A DNA stretch of 49,206 nucleotides, filler included, from Jimgerdemannia flammicorona (Eukaryota), in NCBI GenBank assembly GCA_003990765.1. It is 2 parts of 2 records of this genome, joined end to end, with 100 filler letters (N's around TTAATTAATTAA, not from the genome) between each part and the next. Parts side by side here need not be neighbours in the genome. Positions count along the whole stretch, not along the records: positions 24,656 to 49,206 come from RBNJ01000959.1; 1 more part is not named here. The stretch is one strand, 5' to 3'. Below are positions 26,431 to 40,667 of the stretch, piece after piece. Made by a program: the position numbers and the translations under genes. The notes below the pieces were generated by a model that saw only the letters and a program-made list of their open reading frames with translations, was not told the origin of the DNA and searched no databases. Within the stretch, counting starts at the first letter, position 1. Each line of letters begins with the position of its first letter.

Positions 26431-27004
26431 CGATCATTACCATCCATGTCAATAGTCATCTGTCACCAAAAATGTTGTAAAAAGTGTTGTTAGAGTCTTG
26501 TGTCACCTGAATGTTACTGGTGAAAGATGATCTAAACTTCAGATAGTGTAATATAGTGGATATATAATTATATAAGTATGTCAGATTTCTGTATCTTAAA
26601 AACTTGATCTTCTTTGACTCTGCAGAGTTCTCAGAATATAGGAGTGGATAAGTTTAAAGTATATCTGCCTGCAGGCTTACTAATTTCTTTGCTTTCTCTT
26701 TGCTTTGAACAATTTTGATCTGGGGTTTATTTACTCTAGATACTGGGAATATTTATATAAGTTTGCTAGTTATAAGGTGGCTAAGTTATGACTATGTTTC
26801 CTTTAAGTCACTTTTTACAAGTATTAATTCTTAATATCTGTTAAATCTTGATATTTATAAAAAGTTTAACATTCATGAAAATATTAAAATTTGTAAAATG
26901 ACCGCTATTTGTAAAGCTATACTATATTTGAGAATCTGATACAGATACTATAATCAAATGTCTATTCTTCTAATTTATGTTTCTGATTCAGATCAATTAT
27001 TACA

Positions 27005-27480
27005 ACTTTCTCCTGATAGATGATTTGTCTCTGAAATATCCTATTCACTTGAACTTCCAAGCATCTACCAGTTGTATCTCCTTATATTGTGCAATTTGTA
27101 TTATTACATTCTCTCAGTAGTATCTCTTGATGTATCCAAAGTCTCCTAGTACTACTTCTCAGAAATGGGCTAGAGCTGGCTCATTATCTTTAAATAGCTT
27201 ATTAACTTGATTAGCAATTGTAATCCAAGTATGAGAGAGCTGGCACTCTCTAATACATTCTTGACACTCTCTAATACATTCTTGACACTCTCTAATATAT
27301 TCTTAACACTCTCTAATACAGTCTTCTTTTCCCATCTCTGGCTGTGAGTTCAGTAGCTATCCTAACTTGAAGTATTCTTGAAGCTCTGTCAGATTCTGAT
27401 AGGTCTTGAAGTGTGAAATTTATGACAGATATATCTGTACTATACTCTGGATACTGTTGAAGGATTCCTCCATCATGAGT
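27005..27480 (-). pseudogene. Decayed accessory ORF between integrase and PPT
   Basis: Frame from 27476: MMEESFNSIQ...ELQEYFKLG*LLNSQPEMGKEDCIREC..LSHTWITIANQVNKLFKDNEPAL... Stops are explainable by single C>T or G>A changes. Confidence 0.6.
27244..27320. repeat. 21-bp tandem repeat, about 3.6 copies (encodes CIRECQE in the accessory ORF frame)
   Basis: CACTCTCTAATACATTCTTGA is repeated. Confidence 0.9.
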
Positions 27481-30400
27481 AGCTTGGTAGTATACTATTG
27501 CCTTTCTATTGCTCATTGTATAGCACTAATGATATTGAGAGCTGTGGCTATACTTTGTTGACTAGCCATAATACTTCTTGAATCAGTTTCAGTGAATGGT
27601 AGTGAGGATGATTGTGCCTGAGAGTTTTTATAGTCAAAAGGTGATTCCTTTTATATCTTGCACAAGATAAGATCCTTCTCACTTAGGCTTCAGTTTTTAT
27701 AACCATAAAGCTTCTACCATATTCTAAAATACTAGGACTTTATCTCCTATCTTGATAATCTCCAGAGCTTATAAATCTTTTCTGTATTATTCTGCTATAG
27801 TGTCTATACTTTGGTTATATAATCCTTGGCCTTCTTTCTAATTTGGTGTAATCTCCATATTTCTGTATCTATGTATCTCTATATAGCTCTCTATTGGACA
27901 AGAAGTTTTCTTGAGAACTTTTTTCTCCAAACAGTATCTCCTGAGAAGTGAAGTGGGTACTTTGTGATTGAATATCCTGAAGAGTAGATAATGCTATTGG
28001 CAGATAGTAATCTCAGTTTTTATAGTTATTACAGATCTTGAAAAGTTCTTAATGGTCTTATTGGTCCTTCTGCTTGTCTATTTCTCTGAGAGTAATAGAC
28101 TGTAGTCTGAATGTACTGGATTTTGTACTTGTAGAGAAGTTCAAAGAACTAGTTTATGAATTCTTTTCTCTCTCTGTAGTTACTTATACTAGAGTCTTGA
28201 ATTGGCAGATGATTTCTTTTTGAAAGAAATCAGCAATTGACTGTATATTGGCTTTCTTGAGGGATCCTACCTCTATCCATTTTGTGAAAAGATCTATAAT
28301 GATAATAATATATTTGCCAGTCAAAGTCAAGGGTAGAGGGCAAATTACATTTATTGCAATGTGTACAAAGAGTACTGATTCTATGTGTACTGATCCTGGA
28401 GTCTGATTTTGCTGGTCTTATTTCTATTTCTGGTATTTGTTATCAGTCTTGACAAATTGTCGGATGTCTTCCTCTACTCCTGGTCACCACATTGTTCTTC
28501 TTGCTTTATTATATATGTTTGTTCTTCCTAGATAGCCAAGTTTATGTACCAATTGCATTACTTCCTCCTTCTTGTATTTAGGTATAACTAGTAGCTTTTC
28601 TTACTTCAGTATTTCTCTGTTGGTCTCAAATTGTTTCCAGATTCTGTTGATAATTATTTATGTCTATTCTTCCAGATATTAGGACATCTTTCACTATCTC
28701 TAATTGGTGATAATTTCTTATTCATGGTTGATTTACTGGTTAGGGGTCCTTCAGAGTATCTATAAGAGAGTATTTACAATAGCATTAGTTCTTCCAGAGT
28801 AGTACATGATAGTTATATCATAGGCTTATAATATCATAATATATCTGACATATATTCCTTTAGGTTGCCTGGTATTCAGCAGCCAAGTGAGGGCAGAGTG
28901 ATCTGTCTGGATGGTGAAGTGTCCTCCTGTGAGATAGTAATGGAACTTCTCTATAGCCCAGATGACTGCAAGATATTCTAACTTATAGGATTCATACTCC
29001 TTTTCAGCTCCTTGAGTTCCTCAGCTGAGATATGTAATGATATATTCTACTTTGTCTTTCTTTTGTACCAGGTTGGCTCCTAGTCCTTGGGTACTTACAT
29101 CTGTCTACAGAATAAATTTTTGAGTCCAATCAGATCTTCTAAGGATGGGTTCTTGGGTCAGTCTAATCTTGAGCTCATCAAATACTTTCTGTTGTCTGTT
29201 AGTCTATTTGAACTTGATATTCTTTTTGTTGAGTTTGTAGATTGGGTCTGTGATGTTGGAAAATCCTCTAATAATTCTATGATAGTATAAGGTAAGTCTC
29301 ATGAAGGCTTGGGCTTTAGTGATAGTGGTGGGCCCTGGGTATGCTGCTACTACTTGAATCTTGAGAGGGTCTGTATATATTCTATCTCAGTTGATGATGT
29401 GACCAAGGTAGGAGATCTTGATTTCCTCAAACTTGTACTTCTTGAGCTTGATATAAAGGTCATACTGTCTTAACTTCTCTATCATCTGCTGGATGTACTG
29501 CAGATATTCTTTGGCTGTCTTGCTGTAGATAATAATATCATTTATATATATAAACCATCATCAATCTTCTCATATTATAGCAGAAGATTTTATTCATAAT
29601 TTACTAAAAGCTTGCTAGTGTATTACATATTCCAAATGACATTTGCAGATAGACATAGGTTCTGTCTTGTATAATGAATGCTTATTTTTCACTTGCTGCT
29701 TCAGTGAGGCCAATCTGATAGAATCCTGAGTATAAATCCAAGGTACTGTAGTACTATACTTCATCTTCCAGAGTTACAAGAATGTTCTGATAAGGAGCAG
29801 TAGTTAATAATCCTTCTTTATAGTCAGGTTGAGCTTTCTGTAATTGTTGGAGCAAATTCTCTTAGTTTGCTTCCTTTTTTAGAAGTCAATATAACTGGTG
29901 AAGCCCAAGGGTTACTGGTTTCTTTGATAATACCAGCTTCTTCCATCTGCTTGATTTCTTCTCTGAGCTATTTGCAATAGACTGGTGAAATTGGTCTTAC
30001 TTTTTGATAGATTGGTTCAGAGTCTCCTATATCTATATAATGATAGTAGTATGTTGTCTTTTCATTAATATCCTTGAAATCTGTGGCCAGAATATTCTCA
30101 AATTCATAGAGAATCTTCTTGAGTTATTTCTTGAGCAGAAATTTATCTCTAATAGTATAGCTATACTTGTTTGTAGTTTCCTCCTTCCTGTAATCCAGTT
30201 CTGTAATTTTAGTACTGGTGAATACTTCTCTTTCAGTGGATCTGAATCCTTTACTTTCTCTTTCTGTTTCTGATATCCATGATCTTTAGCTAAGGAACTA
30301 GGAAGATTAATATCTGCACCAATCAGTCCTTCTTTTTGATTAGAAATGGAATTATGGGGTTGTGGTTTCTAGCAATGAGTAGTATTTCTCTATAGTCTGA

Positions 30401-33400
30401 ATTAATGACTCCTTCTTTGATAGTAATCTCACTCTTGGCCAGGCTGCCTTTTGTCTTAAGAATCCTGACATACTCCTTTGAAATGGTTATTTCTAGATCA
30501 GTTGCAAGCAGGGTGGTTGTCTGGGGCTCCAGTACAGTTTCCTCTACTATAGTAATATCTATTCCAGCTATATTCTCTAACTTTATTCTGGTAGAACTGC
30601 ATTAGGATGGATTTTCCAAATATTGACCTTGATTTCTTCTTCATTATCACTGTCCTCTAGGAGGACTGGTGTTTATCATCCTCTTCCTCCTTCTTTTCTT
30701 ATCTTGCCTATTTCTTGAGGGCCTTCTGTCTTCTTTTATAGTAGATTTTCTTGATTCCCCTAATACACTAGTAGAAATCATCAATATGGTTTATACAGTA
30801 TATCTTGATTCTATGAGGGTAGACTTATTTTGGTGCATATCTCTCAATTATGCTTTTGTACCATTCTTTCTTATGGATCTATCCAACTTTCTTTATCTTT
30901 TTCTATATAGTCACCATGTAGGCTTCTTGCTCACTTTTTTCTTCCTCTATCTCAGATAGTACTCCTTTGTTGATATTGATGAGAAGTTGCATTTTCTGAC
31001 CTTGGTAGGTAATCTGCATCTTTTAAGCATTTAGGTCAATTATTGTCCTGGCTTTATGAAGCCACTGATTGCTGATGAGAATTTCATAGTTGGTTGTATT
31101 GATTACAATCACATCTATTGGAATTGTTGCCCTTTTGAACTTGATGGGAACATCTTGGATCTTTCTAAAGATGTAGCTCTTATATCATCTACTGTGATAA
31201 ATACCAATTTGGTTACTTCTTCAACCTTCCAACCTAGGTAGTCTATTACTTTCTTACTGAGGAGGTATCCTTCTACTCTAGTGTCAATGATGGCCTCAAA
31301 GTTTCTATCTTTGATTTGATAGATTACATAGGCAGATGTCTGGTGATTATCTTCACTCTCTTCTCTAGAGTCTTTTTGAACATTGTTGGTCTCAGTTATC
31401 TTCCATCCTTATTTCTTGGTTGTCTCAGCAAATCTATACCTTATTTGCTATCTAAATGTGAGTATTTCTGCTAGTTGGCCAAAGGTTGCATTAATCTTTT
31501 ATTAACTGAGGTCCATAAAGATATGTATCATACTTGAAAGTCTTGGTCTTATAAAGCTTTTTTTTTTTTTTTCCTTTACTGGCTGAGGTAGTTCCTTGAA
31601 TGATATCTTGAACAACCTGTTCCAGCTCTGTATCTTGATCCATTTCTTTACCTTGGCTTTCCATAGCAGTTTCTATCTGTTTTTCTACAGGGTTCTTCTT
31701 GGGTCTTCCTGATAGTCTCTTGTAGGATTGCTTGCAAACATCCTTCTTGACAGTCTCATTAGGTAGGCTTCCCATTCTTCTTCATCTGATTTTCCAATCT
31801 CCTTGAAGGTAATGATATTGGCCTATTCTTTATTTCAAGAAGCATTACTTAGCTAAGCCTTATATTTGATTTCAATCATACATTCATATGAGTAGTGGTC
31901 TTCTTCTCCACAGATATAGCAGATATCTCTCTTTTTGTCTATAGTGGCAGCAAACTTCTAAACTAGGCAGTGATCTCATTCTCTAATTCCTTTTATCATA
32001 TCTCTTAGGTGGGCTATCATTTCAGCAACCTTCTTGACAAGTTCCTCCATTGGGTCACTATTTCTCTGCTACTCAGCAGCTCTTGGCTGAGATGTGTTTT
32101 GATTGATCAATATAGTAGGAATTATACTAATTACCTTAGGTGCTTCAATTCTAACTTCAGTAACTCTTTCCATTATATAATCTTGAGGTATCTGGCTATT
32201 CAATATTGCTGGGCATAGATAATCGTTTGTGCTAGATCCAGGACTACTAATAATGAGCAGATGGCTAGAGTCATCTCTGGGTGGATTCTTTTTATAAAAG
32301 TTGTCTCAGCTACTTGATCTCAGATGGCAGCAATATAATCTACAAGGATTATCTGATAATAGATTCTGGAGTAAAATGTGTTTGAATCCTCACTCATTCC
32401 TTGACATATTATATTGAGCTGATCCTTAAGAGCTTACTTGATCTCATCTGTATAGTAGGTGGTTCAGAGCTAGGTCTTCTGTGCTGCTAGCATAGCATCA
32501 TTATTGTTTTCTATATATATTATAGCTATAAATACTACTCTTGCTTATCTTTAGAGACTGAAGAGTATGAGGTCTACTTGCTGTCTTACTGTCAGGGTCC
32601 TTACAACAGCATATTGCTTGAAGCCATCAATAAATATAATGATTGATTCATCTGAGATATATTTGTAAAATACTAGTGATCTTATATCTATCTTATCTGA
32701 TTGTCTTGATTCAATTTGTATAGTTGTTAGAATGGTAGTAGTTGGTCATTGTTTAGCTTGAAAGTGAGAAAATTGTTTTAAATTACCAAGTAATGGCATT
32801 AAGTTGTAATATAGTAGATATATAACTATATAACTATATTGAATTTCTATATCTTATAAACTTGATCTTATTTGACTCTGCAGAGTCCTTAAAATGCAGG
32901 AGTGAGTGAGTTCAAAGTGTATCTGCCTGCAGGCTTACTAGTTAATTTACCTTCTCTTTGCTTTGAACTATTTCAATCTGAGGTTTATTTACTCTTGATA
33001 CTGGAGATATTTATATAAGCTTACTACATAGCTATAAGATGACTAAGTTATAACTATATTTCCTATAAGTCACTGTTCATAAGTGTTAATCCTTGATATC
33101 TATTAAATCTTTAATAATTATTTAAACTTTAATATCTGTGAAATCCCAACATTTGTAAAGAGTTTAACATTTATAAAAAATTTAATATTTATGAAATAAC
33201 TGCTATTTATAAAACTATACTATATTAGGGAATCAGATTCAGATACTGTAATCAAATGTCTATTCCTCTGATTCATGTTCCTGATTCAGATCAACTATCA
33301 CAATAGAGACCAAAAGGAAATTTTCTCTAAAAAAAAAAGTAGAGATACTAGTATAATAGTTAGTAACTTTCTTCTAGATACTATTTGAAGACTGGTTATA

Positions 33401-34426
33401 TCTGAAAAATAATATAAAGATATAAAGAGTCTAAAGCCTCTAAAAGAGGCTTATTGTCTTTTGAAATTGGGAAAGCTAAAAAAGATTATTAGATTAGAAA
33501 TAATTTAATAAATCAAGTATATATATATATTTATAATTTTGATTAAATTTACTCAATAGATTAAATAAAAAATCTATAATATAAATTAATATGATATTTT
33601 TAGATTGAAAATAAAGTAGTATCAATTTTCAATTCTATTTATATCACCTATATAGCATTATTTGAACTTGATCATAGTCAAGAATATTCACTATATATAT
33701 TAGATATATTATTTGCTTATAAGATAAATCTTAGACCTATTGAAAAGCAACCACTTAGAGGAATATAAAGTTTAATAATATTTTTCAGAAATGATATTTT
33801 CATTAAAATATAATAATGTTAAACTATATGATAAACTAAAGAGTATAAAATAAATACTTAAAGAAAGAAATCTATTGAGATAAGATTTAAGAAGAAAATA
33901 TAAAGAAAAATGCAAGAAAAAAGACTGTTGTATAGTACAAATTCCATCTCTTTAAGAAGATTTTATAGTATAGAAGCTACTCATTTAAGAAGTTATTGAA
34001 AATTTAGATTACAAATATATTTTGTATTCTAAGTTTTATTGTAAACTTAATTATATTGAATATTTTTAGAGTATTACAGAGAAGTATTGTAGATATATAT
34101 ATAATATATATATTATTTAATTATGAAAGTAATATTGATTATTATATTATTTAATAATAATATTTAGGACTAATTATAATTATATAGACTGAATTTCAGA
34201 AAATATTTCTAAAGTCTTAGTCTCTGTTAATCTTATTAAAATTAGAAAATATATACATTATTTCCAAAAATATATAAATATATATCAAAAAGAAATTATA
34301 TTGGCTGAGAGAGAAAATGATATTAAAAATATCATTTATATTACTATATCAAATATATTCAGATTTTTATCAGATTCTTCTTCAGACTTGGTAAATTGTA
34401 AAGTTATAGATTTTTTATAATTTGAC

Positions 34427-34590
34427 TTTAAGAAAGTGATAGTTTAAAGCTGAAATTATGACTGGTCTTTCACTGAACTAAATTCATTTTCTTTAGTTCA
34501 TTTTTAAAGTCAAATCTATTCCTAATTTAATAAATTCAGCTTAGTGAAAGATTGGTCACAATTTTAGTCTTAAAGTACTATTTTCTTAAG
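34427..34590. repeat. Decayed foldback/MITE-like inverted repeat with ~60-bp arms; related fragments at ~34750-34830 and ~35040-35100
   Basis: TTAAGAAAGTGATAGTTTAAAGCTGAAATTATGACTGGTCTTTCACTGAACTAAATT pairs imperfectly with AATTCAGCTTAGTGAAAGATTGGTCACAATTTTAGTCTTAAAGTACTATTTTCTTAA. Confidence 0.6.
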
Positions 34591-35646
34591 CCCAATTGAA
34601 TAAAGTCTACATTTATAGATCAGTAAAGAGAAACTTGGTAAGAGTAAGATTTATTAATATAATAAAGAAGAAACCTGTTAAAAGATAATATTCAGTTAAT
34701 CCTTTAGGCCTAGAAGCTATAATTTCAAAGATTTAAGATTGGTTTATAAAAGTACTTAATTTAAGATCAAAATTATAACTGAGGTGAATGAATTTAGCTC
34801 AATAAAAGACTAGTTACAATTTTGACCATAAACTAAAGCCAAATCAAATGTAATCTGAGAGAATAAATCTAACTATAGATCTGATCATGAAAACTTTAAT
34901 AACTTTATAAATATATTTACATGTACTTTAGCCCACTGGATTCAAATTTAGTATAAAAATCTAATATAATAAATCTGGAGATATTATATTTATAAAGTTA
35001 TTCATATTTATATAAAATGTCTATTTATTTAAATTAGTATAATTTTGGCTCTTAAATTAAGACAAGTCACAATTTTGGCCTTAAAGTTATATTTAAGTAC
35101 TTAGCCTATTAGTTACAATATCTCTTAATTATATATAATTTATATTTATATTTTATAATAATAAGAAGAAAATTTTTTAAAAAAAAACTCTCTTTATTTC
35201 AATAAGTAGATAATATTCATCTCTTATATTTCCAATAATTTTTATTTTTTAATATAAGGAAGAAAAGATTAATATAAGTAAAGAAACTATTTTAATTAAA
35301 ATAATATATAATAATTAAAAAATAACTCTTCATACTATTATAATTTATAAGATTTTTTATTAATTTATAATTTTTATTATTTTTTTTAGCAAAAAGAAGG
35401 AATAAAAATTTGAGTATAAATTATGATATAATTTAATTTTATAATTTAATTTTTTTTAAAATTTTTATTAGTAAGTATCTGTTAATTTGACTATATAAAT
35501 TATAAAATAGTAAAAAAACAACTACTTTTATTAAAATATTATATATGCTAATAATAAAATAATCTATATTTAATTAAACTATATAAGATATTCTATAAAT
35601 TTATAATTTTTATTTTTATTTAATTAAGTATATTATGTATAAATAT

Positions 35647-36106
35647 TGTAATATAGTAAATATATAATATGTAAGTATATCAGATTCCTATATCTTGAAA
35701 AATTAATCTTCTTTGACTCTGCAGAGTCCTCAGGATATAGGATTAGGTGAGTTTGAAATATATCTGCCTACAGGCTTACTAGTTTTCTTACTTTCTCTTT
35801 ACTTTGAACTATTTCAATCTGAGGTTTATTCACTCTAGATACTGAAGATATTTATATATGTTTGCTAGCTATATGATAGCTAAGTTATGACTATGTTTTC
35901 TATGAGTCAGTTTTCACAAATATAGATTCTCTATATCTGTAAAATCTCTATAATTCTATAATTATAAAGATTCTATATTTATAAAATCTCTAAATTTATA
36001 AAGTTTCTATATTTGTGAAATGATTGCTATTTATAAGACTATACTATATTTGGGAATCAGATTTAGGTACTGTGATCAAACATCTATTCCTCTAATTCAT
36101 ATTACA
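35647..36106 (-). mobile_element. Solo LTR related to the 26547-33302 element
   Basis: TGTAATATAGT...ATTACA, colinear with both LTRs, with 4-bp TSD ATAT on both sides. Confidence 0.88.
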
Positions 36107-36284
36107 ATATAGTATACTATATTAATTTGAATTAAATATATTAATATTTTATATAAAAATATATTAAATATAAATTTTTTAAAATTATTTATAATACAAT
36201 CTTAAATAAATTATAATATTAATATTTATTTTTAATTGGGTTTAATCATTAAAGATAATTGTAATTCCAAACCTAACCCTTCTT

Positions 36285-36312
36285 TAACCCTAACCCTAAC
36301 CCTAACCCTAAC
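36285..36312. repeat. Interstitial telomere-like repeat (TAACCC)4+
   Basis: Perfect units of the TTAGGG complement, with stray units at ~36274 and ~36336. Confidence 0.85.
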
Positions 36313-36848
36313 TTTATCATATTATGATAGAAATATAACCCTAATCTTCCATTAATTTTACCCAACCTAATTATAACAAATATAAATGTTTAAACATATA
36401 GTTTTAAAATCATATAATATTATTAAAAACTTAAATTAAATATAATATAATTAAATATCTATTAAGTTAGAAAGGAAATAATTATATTATAAAATCAAAA
36501 ATATATCTTAATAATATATAAATATATATATAAATCATTTTATATATAAAATTAATATAATAAAAGTAGTTAATATTAAATATATAAAGAAATTATCTAA
36601 AGTTAAAATTAATATATTTATATTATTTATCTTAATTATGTATATTATTTTTGAAAATATAGTACTAATATTAATTTAGCTATAATTCTGTTTGATCTAA
36701 GATCTTTATATAATAGTATTAACTTATTTTATAAATTAAATAAATCTGAAAGTTAATTTTTAATATAATCTAAATATATTGAATTTTTTAGATAGATTTC
36801 AGCTTCAGTAAAATGAGCAATCCCTACTACTGTTCAAGCACTTATGTT

Positions 36849-36903
<55 letters not shown>

Positions 36904-37029
36904 GTCACTTGGACTCCTTTATTCCACTAGTCTAAAAAATAACACTATCCATACACCTCTACAATTACCTTAGAACAACAATGAACCCAACCCACAACTA
37001 TATATAATAATACAAGGAAGAGCCAATCA

Positions 37030-40000
37030 GCCCACACCTTCTTCCACCTCACCCCCTTCTCACTAAGTATAAGGTACTCTTGACTTCTCTGAACAATGTC
37101 TAATGCCTTCTTCATGGCCCCCAGCTGGTGCCTCTTCCCCTGATATGTACCACTACCCTTGCACCACTTCTAAGAGTAACCCCTTCCACCACTCCACCAA
37201 TTCTCCAATTCCCATCCAGGGATCCTTCTCGAACACCCATCACCAGTGCACCACCATCAGTACCCAAACACCAATAATCCGACCCAGGCCTCTCCAGATG
37301 TCCCCAATTTCTCCCACCAGTCAATGCGTGATCACCCGACAAGTGGGGCCCCCTGCCCGCTCACTCTCTTCCCCCCAATAACTTTCCAATGTCCGCCAAA
37401 ATCCCTCAACCCATGGACAAGCTGCCAGAACATGCTCTGGAGTCTGCACTACTCCCCCATCCAGCTCGCAACACCACTTACATTCCCTTACACCTTCTTC
37501 CACCATCCACCCCGTCCTGTACCCCAGCATGACGTTCCTCTACAGAAATCGCCACCATACCACCCAGAACTTGGGCGGGGCAATCTTGAGTAGTGAGGTC
37601 CCCCAACCCCAAATCTGACCCCACTCCCATTCTTCTCCAAACCCAGCCTTCTGCCAACCAACCGGCCACCTCTCCAGCGGACCCTTCCGGGTCCACTCCA
37701 TTGCCCCCGACAAAGAGTATTCCACCAATAGACGGCCGCCAATACGAATCACACCAAGTTGCCACCATCATTGTTCTGGGTCCTCCTCTTCCTCACCAGG
37801 TTCTGGGCCTGTGAGTCCCATTGCCAGCCAAGCTTCTACAATACCCCACCAGAATCCCCTATAACACAACCTGCCAACCCTTCCAACCTGGAGCAAACCT
37901 TACATGTCCTTCTGAACCTCGCTCCGGGGGCAAAACCTAACCTCCCAGTTGTCCATAGCCAGTTTGCTCTCCAACCCTCCCCTCCTAATTCTGCCATTCG
38001 ACAACTCCACCAGCCTCGAAGTACCTTCAGCCACCTTCTGAAGTCCACCAGCCCCAGACCTCCATCTGCCTTTGGCATCACCATAATTTCCCAGCTAATC
38101 TGTGATCTCCTTCCCTGCCACAGCCATCCTTCGACCACCTTCTTCAGTTTCTGTACCACCCATCCTGGAAAGTCCAGGTGGTACCCCAAGTACCACAGCT
38201 TCGGTAACCAATATACATTCAAAACTACAATTCTCCCAACCAAGGAGAAGCCCCTCCCAGACCAGCCCACCAAGGCATTCTCCCACTTCTGTATCAATCC
38301 ACACCACCACTCTTTCGGCAGCACTGTCCCATAAACTGAGAACCAGATACCCAGATATTGAACTGCTTCCCCCAGATTAACCAATTGTCCAAAATGTCCA
38401 TGCTCCCCCAATCCAGCTCTAAGCTCCATAGTCTCGCACTTGTCCCAGTTCAGCTTCGCTCCTGCCAGCATCTCATACTGTCCTACCCCTTCCTGCAAGC
38501 TCGCCACATCTTCCACACTGCCTAACCCTACTACCATATTGTCTGCAAAGGCCCTCAACTTCCAGACCACATCCCCCATCTTCAATCCGGTGAGCCTCCC
38601 CTTCAACCACACCAACAAGGGCTCTAAAGATAAAATGTAAAGCAGGGGTGAGAGTGGATCCCCCTGTGGCACACCTCACCCTAAGAGGAACTCTGGACCA
38701 CTCCACCCATTCATCAACACTGCAGCCCGGCAACCTCACACCAGACCCATCAGCTTTTGAGCCTCCCCCATGCCAAACCCGGCCTTCTGTAGAACCACCT
38801 CCAAGTAGGTCCACCTCACCCTGTCGTAAGCCTTTTCCTGGTCCAAGAACACCATCCTGCCATCTACTTGCCGGCTTCGACAACCTTCCAAAACATTTTG
38901 CACCTATGCCATGCTATCTCTAATCTGTCTCCCCTTCACAAACCCTTGCTGTTCATCACCCACCAATCAGCCAATCCATTGTTGCATTCTCCCTACCAGA
39001 ATCTTGGAGACCAACTTCCTATCTACATTCAGTAACATGATGGGTCTCCAGTTCCGCCACACACGTCTGTCCCCTTTCTCCTTATAGAGCAGAGAGACCA
39101 ACCCTAAGGAGCCATTACCAATCCAGCAGCCTTCCCCCAGCATAAAGTTCACCATTTCCATGAGCCATGCCCCAAGCTCAGTTTGAAACTCCTTCCAGAA
39201 CTCCCAAGGCAATCCATCCTCCCCTGGCGATGAACCAGACTGCGCTTTCCTCAGAACCTCCAACACTTCTTCAAGGGACACCCTACCCATTACTGCCTCA
39301 CCAATTGCCGGCTCTGCCCCACTGACCAGCTGCCAATCAAATTGTTATTGTCCTCCAGTGCTGCCTCTCCCTCCACCAGCCCTCCATCATCCTGCCATAG
39401 GGTGCACCATCGACCAGAAACCTCCCCAAGCATATCTGTGATATCAGTCACCTCAGCTCCATCCCCTCGCAACACTGAAGCCCAGCTGTTCCGCACCCTC
39501 CTGGCCTTCAGGATGCTAGACAAGTATTTGGTGGGTCGCTCTCCTTCTTCCAACTGCTTTGCTCGCAATCTTGCTAGTAACCCATCCACCACTCTATCTT
39601 CTGCAGCCTTCAAATCTGACCGCAACTCCGCCACCTCCTTGATCAACAGGGAGTGCCACTCTCCTGAGAAGTTCTCACCCTCTAACAGTCTCAGCCGCCA
39701 GCGCAGCCCCTGCTCTACTCTTCTCTCTCTATCCTTCTGCTCCCTTCCTGCTACTTCTCCTACATCATGCCAATATGCACCTGCCAGATGTTTGAATTTC
39801 CCCCACCACTGTGCTATTGACTGGCCACTGTTCTTCCACCGTGCCACTTCCTGCCTTGCGATTTTAACAAACTGGTCCTGCTCCACCGGTCTCTTGAGTA
39901 GTGCCACATTAAGTCACCATCTGCCTCCACCACCACTGGCCACCTGGAATCTCCCACACACCTCTACACCCCAGTGATCTGACCAGAGACACCACCATAC

Positions 40001-40655
40001 CTCTGTCAAATCCAAAACATTACCCCAGCATTCTTCTACCAGAATCCAGTCAATCCTCATGCCAACCAAATCCTCACCAACTGGATGCCACCTAGTAAAT
40101 GGCCCTGACTTCTCACCTCGACATTATCATACTCCATCAACCAATCCCATTTCCTTCTCCACTTGAAGCCATCTTGAGAGCCCTGTAGAAACTGCTACGC
40201 TGACTCCACCATCAGACCTATCTAGTGTTCTGTCACGAACCATGTTGAAGTCCCCTCCCAAAATGTCCAACCCAATCTCCTCTCAGCCTTCCCAATCCAG
40301 CCAACCTTCCACCCATTGGTTTCACTCTCTGCCAACTGCTGGTAGATACACTGAGCCAACTATAAGCCCATCGCCTGCTCCTCCTTTCAGTCTCCCCCAG
40401 ACCAATCGATCACCATATACCTTGACCTCCTTCAACTCTCCTCTCCCCAAGCCAACCAGGATGCCCACCTGCTCGTTCCACCCTGTACTACCATACCATT
40501 CCTTGCTCCACTCTGCATAATCCTGCTCCCCATAGGCCCAAACATATCAAGTCATACCTTCTGTTCTTCAGCCACTGAAATAAATGCCTTCGCTTCACTC
40601 CATCATGCAAACCATTGACATTTAGTGATAATATACATAGACTGTTCATCATCAT
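37030..40655 (-). pseudogene. L1 ORF2 (APE endonuclease + RT + Cys-rich tail), with frameshifts and stops
   Basis: ILSLNVNGL, GGDFNMV, MRIDWILV, WSDH, PGEDGLPWEFWK, NWRPIMLLNVDRK, LDQEKAYDRV, PQGDPLSPLLY, and AFADN (catalytic DD mutated to DN). Confidence 0.9.
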
Positions 40656-40667
40656 GAATATAAATGT

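Larger units (their letters stand above)
26547..33302 (-). mobile_element. Full-length decayed Ty3/gypsy LTR retrotransposon (gag, PR, RT, RH, IN, extra ORF; no chromodomain seen)
   Basis: LTRs at 26547-27004 and 32805-33302 (TG...CA) with 4-bp TSD ATAG. Zinc knuckle CYICGEEDHYSYEC (~31900), protease AIIDTR (~31290), RT YINDII from YIDD (~29540), RNase H DVSTQGLGA (~29090), integrase ~27650-28600, and purine tract AGGAGAAAG next to the left LTR. Confidence 0.93.

Noticed and set aside
27244..27320. CRISPR-like array
   Set aside because: Contiguous tandem units with no spacers, in a eukaryotic retroelement.
29087..32218. Short plus-strand hydrophobic ORFs
   Set aside because: Antisense to the decayed gypsy gag-pol.
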